A stretch of DNA of 51,443 bases from Bacteroidota bacterium (GCA_038744895.1 JBCDLV010000001.1:1-51443), one strand, 5' to 3'; positions 8,646 through 17,561 are shown, counted from the first letter of the stretch. The notes: a model not told the origin generated them from the sequence alone. A program made the numbers and translations.

Positions 8646-9200
8646 ATGCCCGTCCACGCTGTCGCCCCGTCTCCTGCCGTCTCCGCCGTCGCTCGGCTCC
8701 TCCGTTCCGCCCCCGTCGTCGGCGTCTCCGGCAGCCGCGCCCCCGGCGGGGGCTGCGTTCGGGCCGTCACCTGGGCCGTCGGCCAGCTCGCTCCCGGGGT
8801 CTCCGTCGTCACCGGCTGCGCGTCGGGCATCGATCGGGTGGCCCGCGGGCTCGTCCCCTCGGCGTTCGTGCTCCGGGCATGCCGCTACGGGCGGGGTCGC
8901 GGCAGCTTCGCGCGGCGGTCCACCGCCGTCGTCCGGCGCGTGGCCGCGTCGGGGCCGGGCGCGTTGTGGATCTCGGCTCCGGGGCGGGCCTGTCCCCACG
9001 GCCTCTTGCCCTCGGCCTCCTCGTCGGCCTGCTTCGCGGGCTTCGGCTCGGGGTCGTGGGCGTCGCTCGCGCTGGCGCTCGGGCTCGGGCTCGGCGTGCG
9101 CACCCTCGTGTGGCTCCCGTCGGGCATTGCGCCTCCGGCGGGGTGGGGGCTCTCGCCCCTCTGTGCCGGGCAGTCTGGGGCCTGGTGGTCGTCCTTGTGA
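8646..9200 (+). CDS. SLOG/DprA-like Rossmannoid protein (184 aa)
   Basis: VVGVSGSR...VVTGCASGIDRVAR...FARRS...GSGSWASLALA matches the SLOG/DprA GSR, G.A.G.D and SG(S/T) motifs. Confidence 0.7.
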   Translation: MPVHAVAPSPAVSAVARLLRSAPVVGVSGSRAPGGGCVRAVTWAVGQLAPGVSVVTGCASGIDRVARGLVPSAFVLRACRYGRGRGSFARRSTAVVRRVAASGPGALWISAPGRACPHGLLPSASSSACFAGFGSGSWASLALALGLGLGVRTLVWLPSGIAPPAGWGLSPLCAGQSGAWWSSL

Positions 9201-9279
9201 GCACACACTCCTCCCTCAAAGGCAGCGGTCTGTGGACAGGGCGGCCTCTGGCGACGCCCTCCCACACACCTCTGCCTCC

Positions 9280-10278
9280 ATGCGTGCCTCCTCGATGCCG
9301 TCGACCACCTCCAGCGTGTCGCTTGCCCGGGCCGTCGAGCGGGCCGTCGCCGCGGGGGCAGCCATCTCGTCCGCGGACCTCTTCGCGCTCGCTGCCGACG
9401 GCTTCGGCGGCACCCTCGCCGAGGGCGCCTTCTCGCCGCGCGACGCCCACGACGCCGCCGAGCTCGGCCTCCACCTCCACCTGCTCGGCCTCGGGGTGCC
9501 GCTCGGGGACGACCCCGTGGGCGCGCTCGCCGAGGTCGAGTGGCTCTCGTCGCTCCTGCCCAGCCAGACGCGCCGGACGACCGAGCAGAACGACTACCAG
9601 CAGTTCTCGACGCCCGCCGCCTACGCGGCCCTCTGCGCCTGGATCGGTGGGGTAGGAGAGGGGCACCGGGTCTTGGAGCCCTCGGCCGGGACCAGCGCGC
9701 TCTGCACGTTCGCCCTCATCGCCGGCGCCACGGTTCACGCCAACGAACTGTGCCCACGCCGGGCCGACCTCCTCGCGGTGCTCCTCGCCGAGGCCGGTCA
9801 GGACCCCGAGGGGACCCCCCGCGGCACCCTCACGCGCGAGAACGCCAACCACCTCGACGCCATCCTGCCCCCCGAGCTGCGCGCCGACGTCGTGCTCATG
9901 AATCCGCCGTTCTCGCAGACCGCCGGACGGCTCGGCCACCGCCGCGTCCCCACCGTCGGAACCGACCACGTGCTCCAGGCGCTCCGCCGTCTCGATTCTG
10001 GTGGCCGACTCGTCGCCGTCCTCAGCGCGGGCGTCCACCGGAGCAAGCCCACGTACCGGCCCTTCTTCGAGGCCCTCGACGCCGCCCCCCTCCGTCTCCG
10101 GGCCGACATCGAGCTCTCGGGGGCCGTGTACCGCCCCTACGGGACCTCCGTCCACACGCGGCTCCTCGTCGTGGACAACCACGGCGCTGGGGGTAACACA
10201 GCGCGCGTGGACGGTGCAGTGGAGACCGCGGAGAGCGCCCTCGACCTCCTCTCCGTGTGTCGGCGCGAACGGTCTTGA
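9280..10278 (+). CDS. N6-adenine DNA methyltransferase of the type found N-terminal to strawberry-notch helicases
   Basis: SQTRRTTEQNDYQQFSTP; motif I VLEPSAGT; motif IV VVLMNPPFS; GGRLVAVL. Start is ATG 9280 or 9295. Confidence 0.85.
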   Translation: MRASSMPSTTSSVSLARAVERAVAAGAAISSADLFALAADGFGGTLAEGAFSPRDAHDAAELGLHLHLLGLGVPLGDDPVGALAEVEWLSSLLPSQTRRTTEQNDYQQFSTPAAYAALCAWIGGVGEGHRVLEPSAGTSALCTFALIAGATVHANELCPRRADLLAVLLAEAGQDPEGTPRGTLTRENANHLDAILPPELRADVVLMNPPFSQTAGRLGHRRVPTVGTDHVLQALRRLDSGGRLVAVLSAGVHRSKPTYRPFFEALDAAPLRLRADIELSGAVYRPYGTSVHTRLLVVDNHGAGGNTARVDGAVETAESALDLLSVCRRERS

Positions 10279-10333
10279 GCCGCGGTCTCTCGCACCGCAA
10301 ACGGTTCGCGACGCGACAGGTCCGCTGCGCCTC

Positions 10334-10810
10334 CTACCCGTCCGGGGGGCGAGGCGTCGCCAGCCCGGCCAGTCGCGCCCGCACTCGCTGCACCAGCGCC
10401 CCGGGTCCCACCACCTCGACCGCCGGGTCCCCCGGCCGGTAGTCCCGCGCGTTGAACGTCACCAGCAGCGGGCACCCCGCCTCGATCGCGGCCACTAGGA
10501 GCGGGAGGTCCTTCGCGTCGGCTTTCCCGTCGTGCGCGTCGACTCGGGCAGGGGAGGGGGCCTCCACGACCTCCACGTCTGCCGCGGCCACCAGCCGCCG
10601 GAACACGCCCACCGCCGCGGGGACCTTCGCCTCCAGGTTCCGCTCGCACTCCCGGACTGCCTGGCGGCTCGTGACCGCCTCGATCACCGTCGCCTCGGCC
10701 AGCCGGAGCACGACCTGGCTCGCGCTCTGGGCGTTCGCCGTCGCGGCCCCCGCGAACAGCACGTCGGCGTCGAGGAACACGCGGAGCCGACCGCCTGACG
10801 CCTCACCCAT
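10334..10810 (-). CDS. PIN-domain (VapC-like) toxin
   Basis: LRVFLDADVLFAG...AVRECERNL...DAKDLPLLVAA...LLVTFNARDY; overlaps the upstream AbrB-type gene. Confidence 0.85.
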   Translation of the reverse strand: MGEASGGRLRVFLDADVLFAGAATANAQSASQVVLRLAEATVIEAVTSRQAVRECERNLEAKVPAAVGVFRRLVAAADVEVVEAPSPARVDAHDGKADAKDLPLLVAAIEAGCPLLVTFNARDYRPGDPAVEVVGPGALVQRVRARLAGLATPRPPDG

Positions 10811-11144
10811 CCGCCTCGCCCGACCGCTCCTGCGCCGACCGCTCCCGCTCGGCGCGTAGGCTCTCCAGCAGTTCTTCGGTCGTGTACCCGGCCTCCACGC
10901 GGAGCCGCTCGATTTCGGCCGCCAGCTCGGGTACCACGGCCCCCTTCGGGCTCAGCACGAACACCCCGTCGAGGTCGAGGAAGCTCATCGCGTCGCCGGC
11001 CCCAAGCCCATACCGATCGCGGACGGCCTTCGGGATGGTCACCACGCCCCGCTCGCGGAGCTGGACCGTCGGCGCGAACGCCCGGCCCGCCCGCGCCCGG
11101 CGGCGCGAGGCGATTCCGGCCCGCTTGGTGTTGGAGGTCGCCAT
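10803..11144 (-). CDS. AbrB/MazE/SpoVT-family antitoxin
   Basis: VQLRERGVVTIPKAVRDRYGLGAGDAMSF is the swapped-hairpin signature; ATG at 11144. Confidence 0.85.
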   Translation of the reverse strand: MATSNTKRAGIASRRRARAGRAFAPTVQLRERGVVTIPKAVRDRYGLGAGDAMSFLDLDGVFVLSPKGAVVPELAAEIERLRVEAGYTTEELLESLRAERERSAQERSGEADG

Positions 11145-11150
11145 CGGATA

Positions 11151-11174
11151 ATGCAGAAATTCTGCATCAGTATA
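11151..11174 (-). promoter_or_regulatory. TA operon operator palindrome and -10 box
   Basis: Perfect inverted repeat ATGCAGAA-A-TTCTGCAT (11151-11167), 6 bp upstream of the antitoxin ATG; minus-strand TATACT at 11174-11169. Confidence 0.65.
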
Positions 11175-11190
11175 CAAATAGACGTCCGGT

Positions 11191-11301
11191 GGTCGTCTTG
11201 CCGCACTGGCGCGGCCCGTGGACGAGGACGACCGGGGTGTCGGCGAGGGCCTCCTCGGGGAGGGGCCGGACGAGGCGGCGGTAGTGGGGAGGCTCGGCTA
11301 T
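11191..11301 (-). pseudogene. N-terminal fragment of an AAA_14/DUF4143-type ATPase
   Basis: (ATA)AEPPHYRRLVRPLPEEALADTPVVLVHGPRQCGKTT. Walker A is present, the start appears as ATA, and family-like sequence ends immediately after GKTT. Confidence 0.7.
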
Positions 11302-11321
11302 GTGGAGAAAGAAGGGCCGGG

Positions 11322-11354
11322 GCGAATCGAAAAGTCGGAGTGTGCGAATCGAAA
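11322..11354. repeat. Direct repeat GCGAATCGAAA x2 with 22-bp periodicity (putative operator)
   Basis: Copies at 11322-11332 and 11344-11354, directly upstream of the ATPase fragment. Confidence 0.6.
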
Positions 11355-11515
11355 GGTTAGAGGCTGCGATCTGGGAGAGTCGAGGCGTAGGAGAGGCCGA
11401 GAGCGACCGCGGCCCGTCGCGATGCCGGGCCGGTGGACGAGCCCGCCACCGCGGCGGGCCGGAGCCCGCTGGGAAGGTCCGGGGGCTCCGCACCTCCAGG
11501 CCAACCGGAATCCCC

Positions 11516-14500
11516 GTGGCTCCCTCCGCTCACCCCGCCGCCTCTGGCGCGGCATCGCCCGAGGTCGAACAGCTCGACCTCTTCGCCCTCCTCACGTCGC
11601 CGCCGCCGGCGACTCCCCGCGTCGCCACCCTCGGCGCTCATCTGCCTCGCACCCGGCCGACGGTGACCCCAGGGCCGTCGTCTCGATCCGCCTGGCCGTT
11701 CGCAGACGCTCGGCCGCTGGCGGTCGAGGCCGCCGGGGAGGTCGAGACCTCTGGCGCGCTCACGGCGAGCGTGTTCGACGCCTACCGCCCGAGCGTCCGC
11801 GTGCCGGGCTCGTGCCCTCATCCGACGACGCTTGTCGAGTCGGCCGCGATGGCGGCGGCCACCGCTCCGTCCTGCGACTACCGCCCGACGCTCCCCGAGC
11901 ACCTCGTGACGGAGGGCCATCTCTCCGACGCCCAGCTCGAGACCATCGTCCGCGCCGGGGCTGCCCATTCGGAGCACCTTCCGGGAACCGGCGACGAGGC
12001 CGGACCGCGCCAGGGGTACTTCATCGGCGACGCGACCGGAGTGGGGAAGGGGCGCACGAGTGCGGGTCTCCTCCTCGACAACGTCCTTCAGGGCCGCCGC
12101 CGGGCGCTCTGGGTGAGTGAGAACCGGAGCCTCCTCCGCGACGCCGTCCGCGATTGGACCGCGCTCGGCGGCCCGGCCGAGTTCGTCTTCGACCTCGGCG
12201 CGTGCAAGGGACCCATCATGCGGGCCGAGGGCGTCTGCTTCGCGAGCTACGACACGCTCAAGGGCAAGCAGCGGGAGAAAGACGGCGTGGAGACCGGGAT
12301 CGACCGTCTGGAGCAGGTCGTCGCCTGGCTAGCGGCCGGTGGCGACGATTCCGAGTTCGACGGCGTGATCGTCTTCGACGAGAGCCACAACATGGCCTCC
12401 GCTCTCGACCGCCAGGGCAGCCGGGGCGCGCAGAGGGCGTCTCAGCGAGCACTGGTAGGGGTCGAGCTTCAGGCCCGCCTTCCCGACGCTCGCGTCGTCT
12501 ACGCCAGCGCGACGGGCGCCACCGAGGTCGCGAACCTCGCCTACGCCGCTCGGCTCGGCCTCTGGGGCCGGGGCACCCCGTTCCCCACCGTCGAGGCGTT
12601 CGTCGAGAAGGTCTCAGCAGGAGGCATCGCCGCGATGGAGCTCGTAGCGAAGGACCTCAAGGCGATGGGGCTCTACCTCGCACGCAGCGTGTCCTACGAC
12701 GGCGTCGACTACCGGACGCTCGTCCACGAGCTGGAGCCGCACCAGGCGGCGACCTACGACCGGTGCGCCGAGGCGTGGCAGGTCGTGCTCCGCAACCTCC
12801 AGGCGGCCCTCGAAGTGACGAAGGCGGACAAGTGCGGGAGGGCCAGGGCCGCGGCCTACAGCCAGTTCTGGGGGGCGCACCAGCGGTTCTTTCTGCACCT
12901 GCTGGTCGCGATGTCGGCGCCGAGCCTCATCCGCGACATGGAGGACCGCCTCGGGGCCGGTGAGTCTTGTGTCGTGCAACTGGTCTCGACGATGGAGGCC
13001 GCCACCGAGCGCGCGTACGCGAAGGCCGTCGCGAACGGCGACGACCTCCGGGACCTCGATGTCACGCCTCGCGACCAGCTCCTGCAGTTCGTCGAAGCCT
13101 CGTTCCCGACGACGCTCTATGAGGAGTACAAAGACGACGACGGCCGCGTGCGGAGTCGCCCCGTGAAGAACGCCGCCGGCGACTTCGTGCAGTCGCCCGA
13201 GGCCGTCGCGGCCCGGGACCGTCTGATGTTGGAGGTGGGGGCGGTGAGCGTGCCGCACGGCGTGCTCGACCAGGTCGTCGCCCACTTCGGCCCCGACGCC
13301 GTGGCCGAGATCACGGGCCGCAGCCGCCGGTTCGTGACCAGGGCCGTCGACGGCATCGAACAGGTCGTGGAAGAGCGCCGGACGCGCCGCCGGTGCGACG
13401 CCGAGGCCGACGAGTTCATGGCGGGCAAGCGCCGGGTGCTCGTGTTCAGCCAGGCCGGCGGTACCGGCCGGAGCTACCACGCCGACCTCGCGGCCGAAAA
13501 CCAGGAGCGCCGGGTCCTCTACTGCGTCGAGCCCGGCTGGAGCAGCGCGCGGTGCGTCCAGGGGATGGGCCGGGTCCACCGGGCCAATCAGGCGTGCCCG
13601 CCCGAGCTCGTGCTCGTGACCACGAACCTCAAGGCCCAACGACGCTTCCTGTCCACCATCGCGCGGCGGCTCGACCAGCTCGGAGCCCTCACTAAGGGCC
13701 AGCGCCAGACCGCCAGCCAGGGCCTTCTCTCGTCCGAGTTCAACCTGGAGACCCCGCTCTCCCGCGCCAGCCTGCACAACTGGTTCGTCGACCTCTACCG
13801 GGCCAATGGGCGCGCAGCCGCCGCGGGCGTCACGCCGGCGCTCGTTGAGGAGCAGATGGGGATCCGCGTCCTGGACCAGAATGGCCAACTCAATGTCGGC
13901 GCGGTCCCTGAGGTCCCGAAGTTCCTCAACCGGCTCCTCTCGCTCCGCACGAGCGACATGGACGCCGTCTTCGACTCGTGGTACGGCTACCTCGAAGAGG
14001 CCACCGAGGCGGCGCGCGAGGCGGGCACGCTCGACGTGGGCGTCGAGACGATCCAGGCGGAGCGGACCGTCAAGACCGGCGAGCGACTCGTCTACACGCA
14101 CCCCCGCTCCGGTGCGACGACGCAGGTGGTGACGCTCGAGCTCACGCGCCGGACGGAGATCACGCCGTGGGAGGACATCTGGCTCCTCGCGAAGAAGGCG
14201 CAGCAACTCAGCCAGTGGGCGGGGTTCGTCGTCAACCGCCGGAGCGGGCAGCCCTACGCACTCTTTCGGGCGGGGAGCCGGACGACCGAGACCGGCCGCG
14301 TCGTGGCCCGCCTGCGGCGCATCGGCGTCCGCTCGAACCGCCTCATGGATGAGACGGACCTGAACCCGAGAGGAGGGGAGGAAGGCCACCAGCCCATCCC
14401 AACGGACGAGGCCAAGCGGCTCTGGACCGATGGCGTCGCTGCAGCCCCCGAGTTTTACACCGAGCCGGTCCACCTCGTCACGGGCACGATCCTCCCGATC

Positions 14501-14941
14501 TGGGACCGGATCGCCGGTCACCCGAGGATCTACCGCGCCCAGACCGACAGCGGAGAGCGCATGATCGGCCGCGCGGTCATGCCCGAGCACCTGGGTGCCA
14601 CGCTCAAGGCTCTGGGAGCCTCGGGCGACCGGGTCGAGATCACGCCCGAGGCGCTGGTGGAGCGCCTCCTGGTAGGCGCCGAGGCCGACCTCGCCAACGG
14701 CTGGCGGCTCCGGCGGCGGCGCGTCGCGAACGAGTGGCGGATCGAACTCGCAGGTCCCGATCTGGCCGCCCTCCGCGAGCTGGAGGCCGACGGCGTGTTC
14801 GCTGAGGTCCACAACTGGCAGACCCGGTTCTTCGTCCCGACCGGCGACCGGGCGGCGGGCGTCCTGCGGGCCGTGACGGAGCACCGTCCCGTCGTCGAGA
14901 TCCGAGGAGGCTCGGAGGACGGCTATCGCCGAGCTGCCTGA
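11516..14941 (+). CDS. Strawberry-notch family SF2 helicase-like protein (AAA_34 plus Helicase_C_4)
   Basis: HPTTLVESAAMA, LSDAQLET, GDATGVGKGR, VFDESH, YASATGA, AEITGR, AGGTGRSYHAD, QGMGRVHRANQ. Start uncertain: GTG 11516 preferred, frame open from 11300. Confidence 0.92.
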   Translation: MAPSAHPAASGAASPEVEQLDLFALLTSPPPATPRVATLGAHLPRTRPTVTPGPSSRSAWPFADARPLAVEAAGEVETSGALTASVFDAYRPSVRVPGSCPHPTTLVESAAMAAATAPSCDYRPTLPEHLVTEGHLSDAQLETIVRAGAAHSEHLPGTGDEAGPRQGYFIGDATGVGKGRTSAGLLLDNVLQGRRRALWVSENRSLLRDAVRDWTALGGPAEFVFDLGACKGPIMRAEGVCFASYDTLKGKQREKDGVETGIDRLEQVVAWLAAGGDDSEFDGVIVFDESHNMASALDRQGSRGAQRASQRALVGVELQARLPDARVVYASATGATEVANLAYAARLGLWGRGTPFPTVEAFVEKVSAGGIAAMELVAKDLKAMGLYLARSVSYDGVDYRTLVHELEPHQAATYDRCAEAWQVVLRNLQAALEVTKADKCGRARAAAYSQFWGAHQRFFLHLLVAMSAPSLIRDMEDRLGAGESCVVQLVSTMEAATERAYAKAVANGDDLRDLDVTPRDQLLQFVEASFPTTLYEEYKDDDGRVRSRPVKNAAGDFVQSPEAVAARDRLMLEVGAVSVPHGVLDQVVAHFGPDAVAEITGRSRRFVTRAVDGIEQVVEERRTRRRCDAEADEFMAGKRRVLVFSQAGGTGRSYHADLAAENQERRVLYCVEPGWSSARCVQGMGRVHRANQACPPELVLVTTNLKAQRRFLSTIARRLDQLGALTKGQRQTASQGLLSSEFNLETPLSRASLHNWFVDLYRANGRAAAAGVTPALVEEQMGIRVLDQNGQLNVGAVPEVPKFLNRLLSLRTSDMDAVFDSWYGYLEEATEAAREAGTLDVGVETIQAERTVKTGERLVYTHPRSGATTQVVTLELTRRTEITPWEDIWLLAKKAQQLSQWAGFVVNRRSGQPYALFRAGSRTTETGRVVARLRRIGVRSNRLMDETDLNPRGGEEGHQPIPTDEAKRLWTDGVAAAPEFYTEPVHLVTGTILPIWDRIAGHPRIYRAQTDSGERMIGRAVMPEHLGATLKALGASGDRVEITPEALVERLLVGAEADLANGWRLRRRRVANEWRIELAGPDLAALRELEADGVFAEVHNWQTRFFVPTGDRAAGVLRAVTEHRPVVEIRGGSEDGYRRAA

Positions 14942-15047
14942 GGGCGGAGAGGTTCAAGAGGCCCGTGCCGGGGCCGCTCTGCAGGCGCAAAGAGCGGCCC
15001 CGGCAGCCGGCCGGAGGTCGCGCGAGACCCCCTGCCCTCCGAGATCC

Positions 15048-15560
15048 ATGTCCATGCCCGGACCCGGCGACTTCTGCCACGGCTGCAACCGGCTCCTCTG
15101 CCGCTGCCTCCCCGAACCCGACCCTGAGATGTTCTACGAGGAGGCGTACCAGGCGGGCTACGAGGCCTGCCTCGCCGACGGCTACTCCGAGCGCCCGATG
15201 ACGGAGTGGATCTACGTCACGGGCCAGCGGGCCACGTGGGACGCCGAGGCGAGGGGCTTCCGCTACGTCATGACCCCGCTCCGGTTCGCAGAACTCACCT
15301 GGCGTCACCGCTTCACGAGCGCGGGGGCCTATGCCCAGTGGTTCGAGCGCCAGGTCGGGCACGACCTGGAGGCCTACCTCGCGGGCTTCGACGACGCCGG
15401 CGCGGGGCTCCCATCCGAGGTCACCGACCCCGAGCACCACGCGAGGTGCGAGGACGCGCTCGACGGCTACGGCCCGCTTCCTGAGACTCCAGAGCCGTCC
15501 CCGGATCTCGCTGACCCGGCGTGTGCGGTGGTCCACGACGACGATTGGCTGCCGTTCTAG
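15048..15560 (+). CDS. Hypothetical protein (170 aa) with N-terminal Cys cluster
   Basis: CHGCNRLLCRC; acidic; ends DDDWLPF; coding-like codon bias. Confidence 0.65.
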   Translation: MSMPGPGDFCHGCNRLLCRCLPEPDPEMFYEEAYQAGYEACLADGYSERPMTEWIYVTGQRATWDAEARGFRYVMTPLRFAELTWRHRFTSAGAYAQWFERQVGHDLEAYLAGFDDAGAGLPSEVTDPEHHARCEDALDGYGPLPETPEPSPDLADPACAVVHDDDWLPF

Positions 15561-15883
15561 CCCGTATCAGGGACAGTGGCGAGAAGGGGAAGGGGTGTCG
15601 GCAGCGGTTCTCCCAGTCTAGGCGACGGCCGGACAGCGTCAAGGTCGTTCGCCCCGTGCTCGCGCTGCGACGGCGCACGCGCCGACGGTCGCTCCGCGCG
15701 GGGGCGCTCCACCGCGGGCCGCACGCGGCCCTTTGACTCGAAACGCGCGGGCCGGTCGCGTGCGCGACCAACGCCGCGCTGTCCAGCCTTACGCCTGCCA
15801 AGGGGGTGGCCGCTGGCTGGCGGGGACCACTCGGGTCCCCGGGCACGGCGGTCTCTCATCAGCCCCTCGTCCGAGGTCCCGCT

Positions 15884-16567
15884 ATGCCCCGCTCGTATTC
15901 CCGCCCGCACTACGCCCAGGCCCGCACGTGGTACCGGTTCGCCTGTTGGCTCCGGCGCTCGTCGTGCCCCCAGTTCCACCCGCACCTCATGAAGGAGGAC
16001 GCCCTCCGCGAGAGCTTCCGCTTGCGGAGCCGGTCGCTCGTCCTGCTCTCCCAGGTCCAGCACGTCGTGCCCGCCGGTCGCTCCCGCCTGGCCGCCCGGG
16101 TCGCGGGCGGGGACGCGTACCCCGAGCTCGTCGCCCGGGTCGCCGTCGTCGATCCCGAGGACCCGACCTCGGACGAGGTCCACCTCTTCCTCGAAGAGGC
16201 CGACAGGACGGGGACGCACACCCGGTGGCACCCGCTCGGACAGCTCCCGCCGGAGCACGCCCTCTGGGTCGCGCCCCTCATCCGGCTCGAGTCCAACGCC
16301 TACGGGACCGGCCCGCTCCTCCGGTACCACGTGACCGGTGGCTCCGGTACGGAGGTCCACGTCGTAATCAGCCGGGCGCACGAGGCGGCCAAGGCGTGGC
16401 TCGACTGGGCCGACGACCGGAAGGCGTGGGCCGAGGCCCGGGCCGTCGCCGAAGAGAGCCCCTACGCCTACCGCGCGAGCTACCGCGATACCGTGGCCCT
16501 CGGAACCCCCTACGGGAGTCTCCTCTACGCGACCGACGCCTACGTGGAGACCGACGAGGCCGAGTAG
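15884..16567 (+). CDS. Hypothetical protein (227 aa)
   Basis: ATG 15884 after a structured leader; strong GC3 bias; no motif recognised. Confidence 0.7.
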   Translation: MPRSYSRPHYAQARTWYRFACWLRRSSCPQFHPHLMKEDALRESFRLRSRSLVLLSQVQHVVPAGRSRLAARVAGGDAYPELVARVAVVDPEDPTSDEVHLFLEEADRTGTHTRWHPLGQLPPEHALWVAPLIRLESNAYGTGPLLRYHVTGGSGTEVHVVISRAHEAAKAWLDWADDRKAWAEARAVAEESPYAYRASYRDTVALGTPYGSLLYATDAYVETDEAE

Positions 16568-16748
16568 CTCCTCCGAGACTGCGCCTCTCAGCCCGGCGGC
16601 CCACGAGGTCGCCGGGCTCGTGCCTGCGACGGTGGGCGGGCCGTCAGCCGATGGGCGGGCGCCGCCGTCGGCCGCGAACACGCGTCGGCCGACGACGGCG
16701 CTCCCACCGCAGCCGACCGTGCCCCAGTGGAGCGACGCCCGTGTTCCG

Positions 16749-17561
16749 ATGGCATCCCCTACGTCCGAGATCCTTTGCCTCGCTCCGAAGGGCAGGCTGA
16801 CCGCCCTGAACCTCCGCGTGCTCCGAGACATCGAGGCGAGGATGCCGGGCAGCGGCGACCGCTACGGCGGGGTCCCCGTCGTCCTCCAGTCCGTCCTGAC
16901 CCGCCGCGAGCGGTACCACGCCCGGCGGCTCGCCGCCCGTGGCCAGCTCCGGCGCCTAGAGACCGACGCCCCGTGGTTCGCACGGCGGACCGTCCTCTAC
17001 GGCCCCGTCGCCGCGCGCGCCGCGCCCACACCCTCGACAGACGACCCCCCGTCCGTCGTCCGAGAGCCCGCTGCCGTCGGCCGGGCGGACCTCCACGGCG
17101 CCCTGTTCTCCGGCGTCCCGCTCTACACCACTCGCCTCGTGCGTGAGCGGACGTTCACGTTCCCGACGCGCGACCAGGTTCGCTCGCCGTCCGCCGCGGC
17201 CGTCGTCCTCGGCGAGTACTTCTCCGACCGCGACCGCGAGGAGTTCGTCGTCGCCTTCCTCGACACGGCCAGCACGCTCACCGGCCTTCATGTCGCGTCC
17301 GTCGGCGGACTGGCGGCCTCGATCGTCGAGCCGAGGCAGGTGTTCAAAGCGGCGGTCCTCGCCAACGCAGCGGCGGTCCTCCTCGCCCACAACCACCCCT
17401 CCGGCAATCCCGAGCCGAGCCGGGAGGACGTCGCCATCACCCGCCAGCTCGTCGAGGCGGGCAAGGTCATGGGCATCCCCGTCCACGACCACCTCATCCT
17501 CACCGACCACGACGGCGGCAAGCCGACCTACACCAGCCTGGCCGAGAGGGGACTGCTGTAG
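16749..17561 (+). CDS. radC: RadC-like JAB domain protein with N-terminal extension
   Basis: DREEFVVAFLD...VEPRQVFKAAVLANAAAVLLAHNHPSGNPEPSREDVAIT...VHDHLI. Confidence 0.9.
   Translation: MASPTSEILCLAPKGRLTALNLRVLRDIEARMPGSGDRYGGVPVVLQSVLTRRERYHARRLAARGQLRRLETDAPWFARRTVLYGPVAARAAPTPSTDDPPSVVREPAAVGRADLHGALFSGVPLYTTRLVRERTFTFPTRDQVRSPSAAAVVLGEYFSDRDREEFVVAFLDTASTLTGLHVASVGGLAASIVEPRQVFKAAVLANAAAVLLAHNHPSGNPEPSREDVAITRQLVEAGKVMGIPVHDHLILTDHDGGKPTYTSLAERGLL

Noticed and set aside
8323-9279. N-terminal half of the 651-aa ORF as part of the MTase
   Set aside because: Low-complexity off-frame reading of the leader and the SLOG gene; MTase similarity starts at ~9280.
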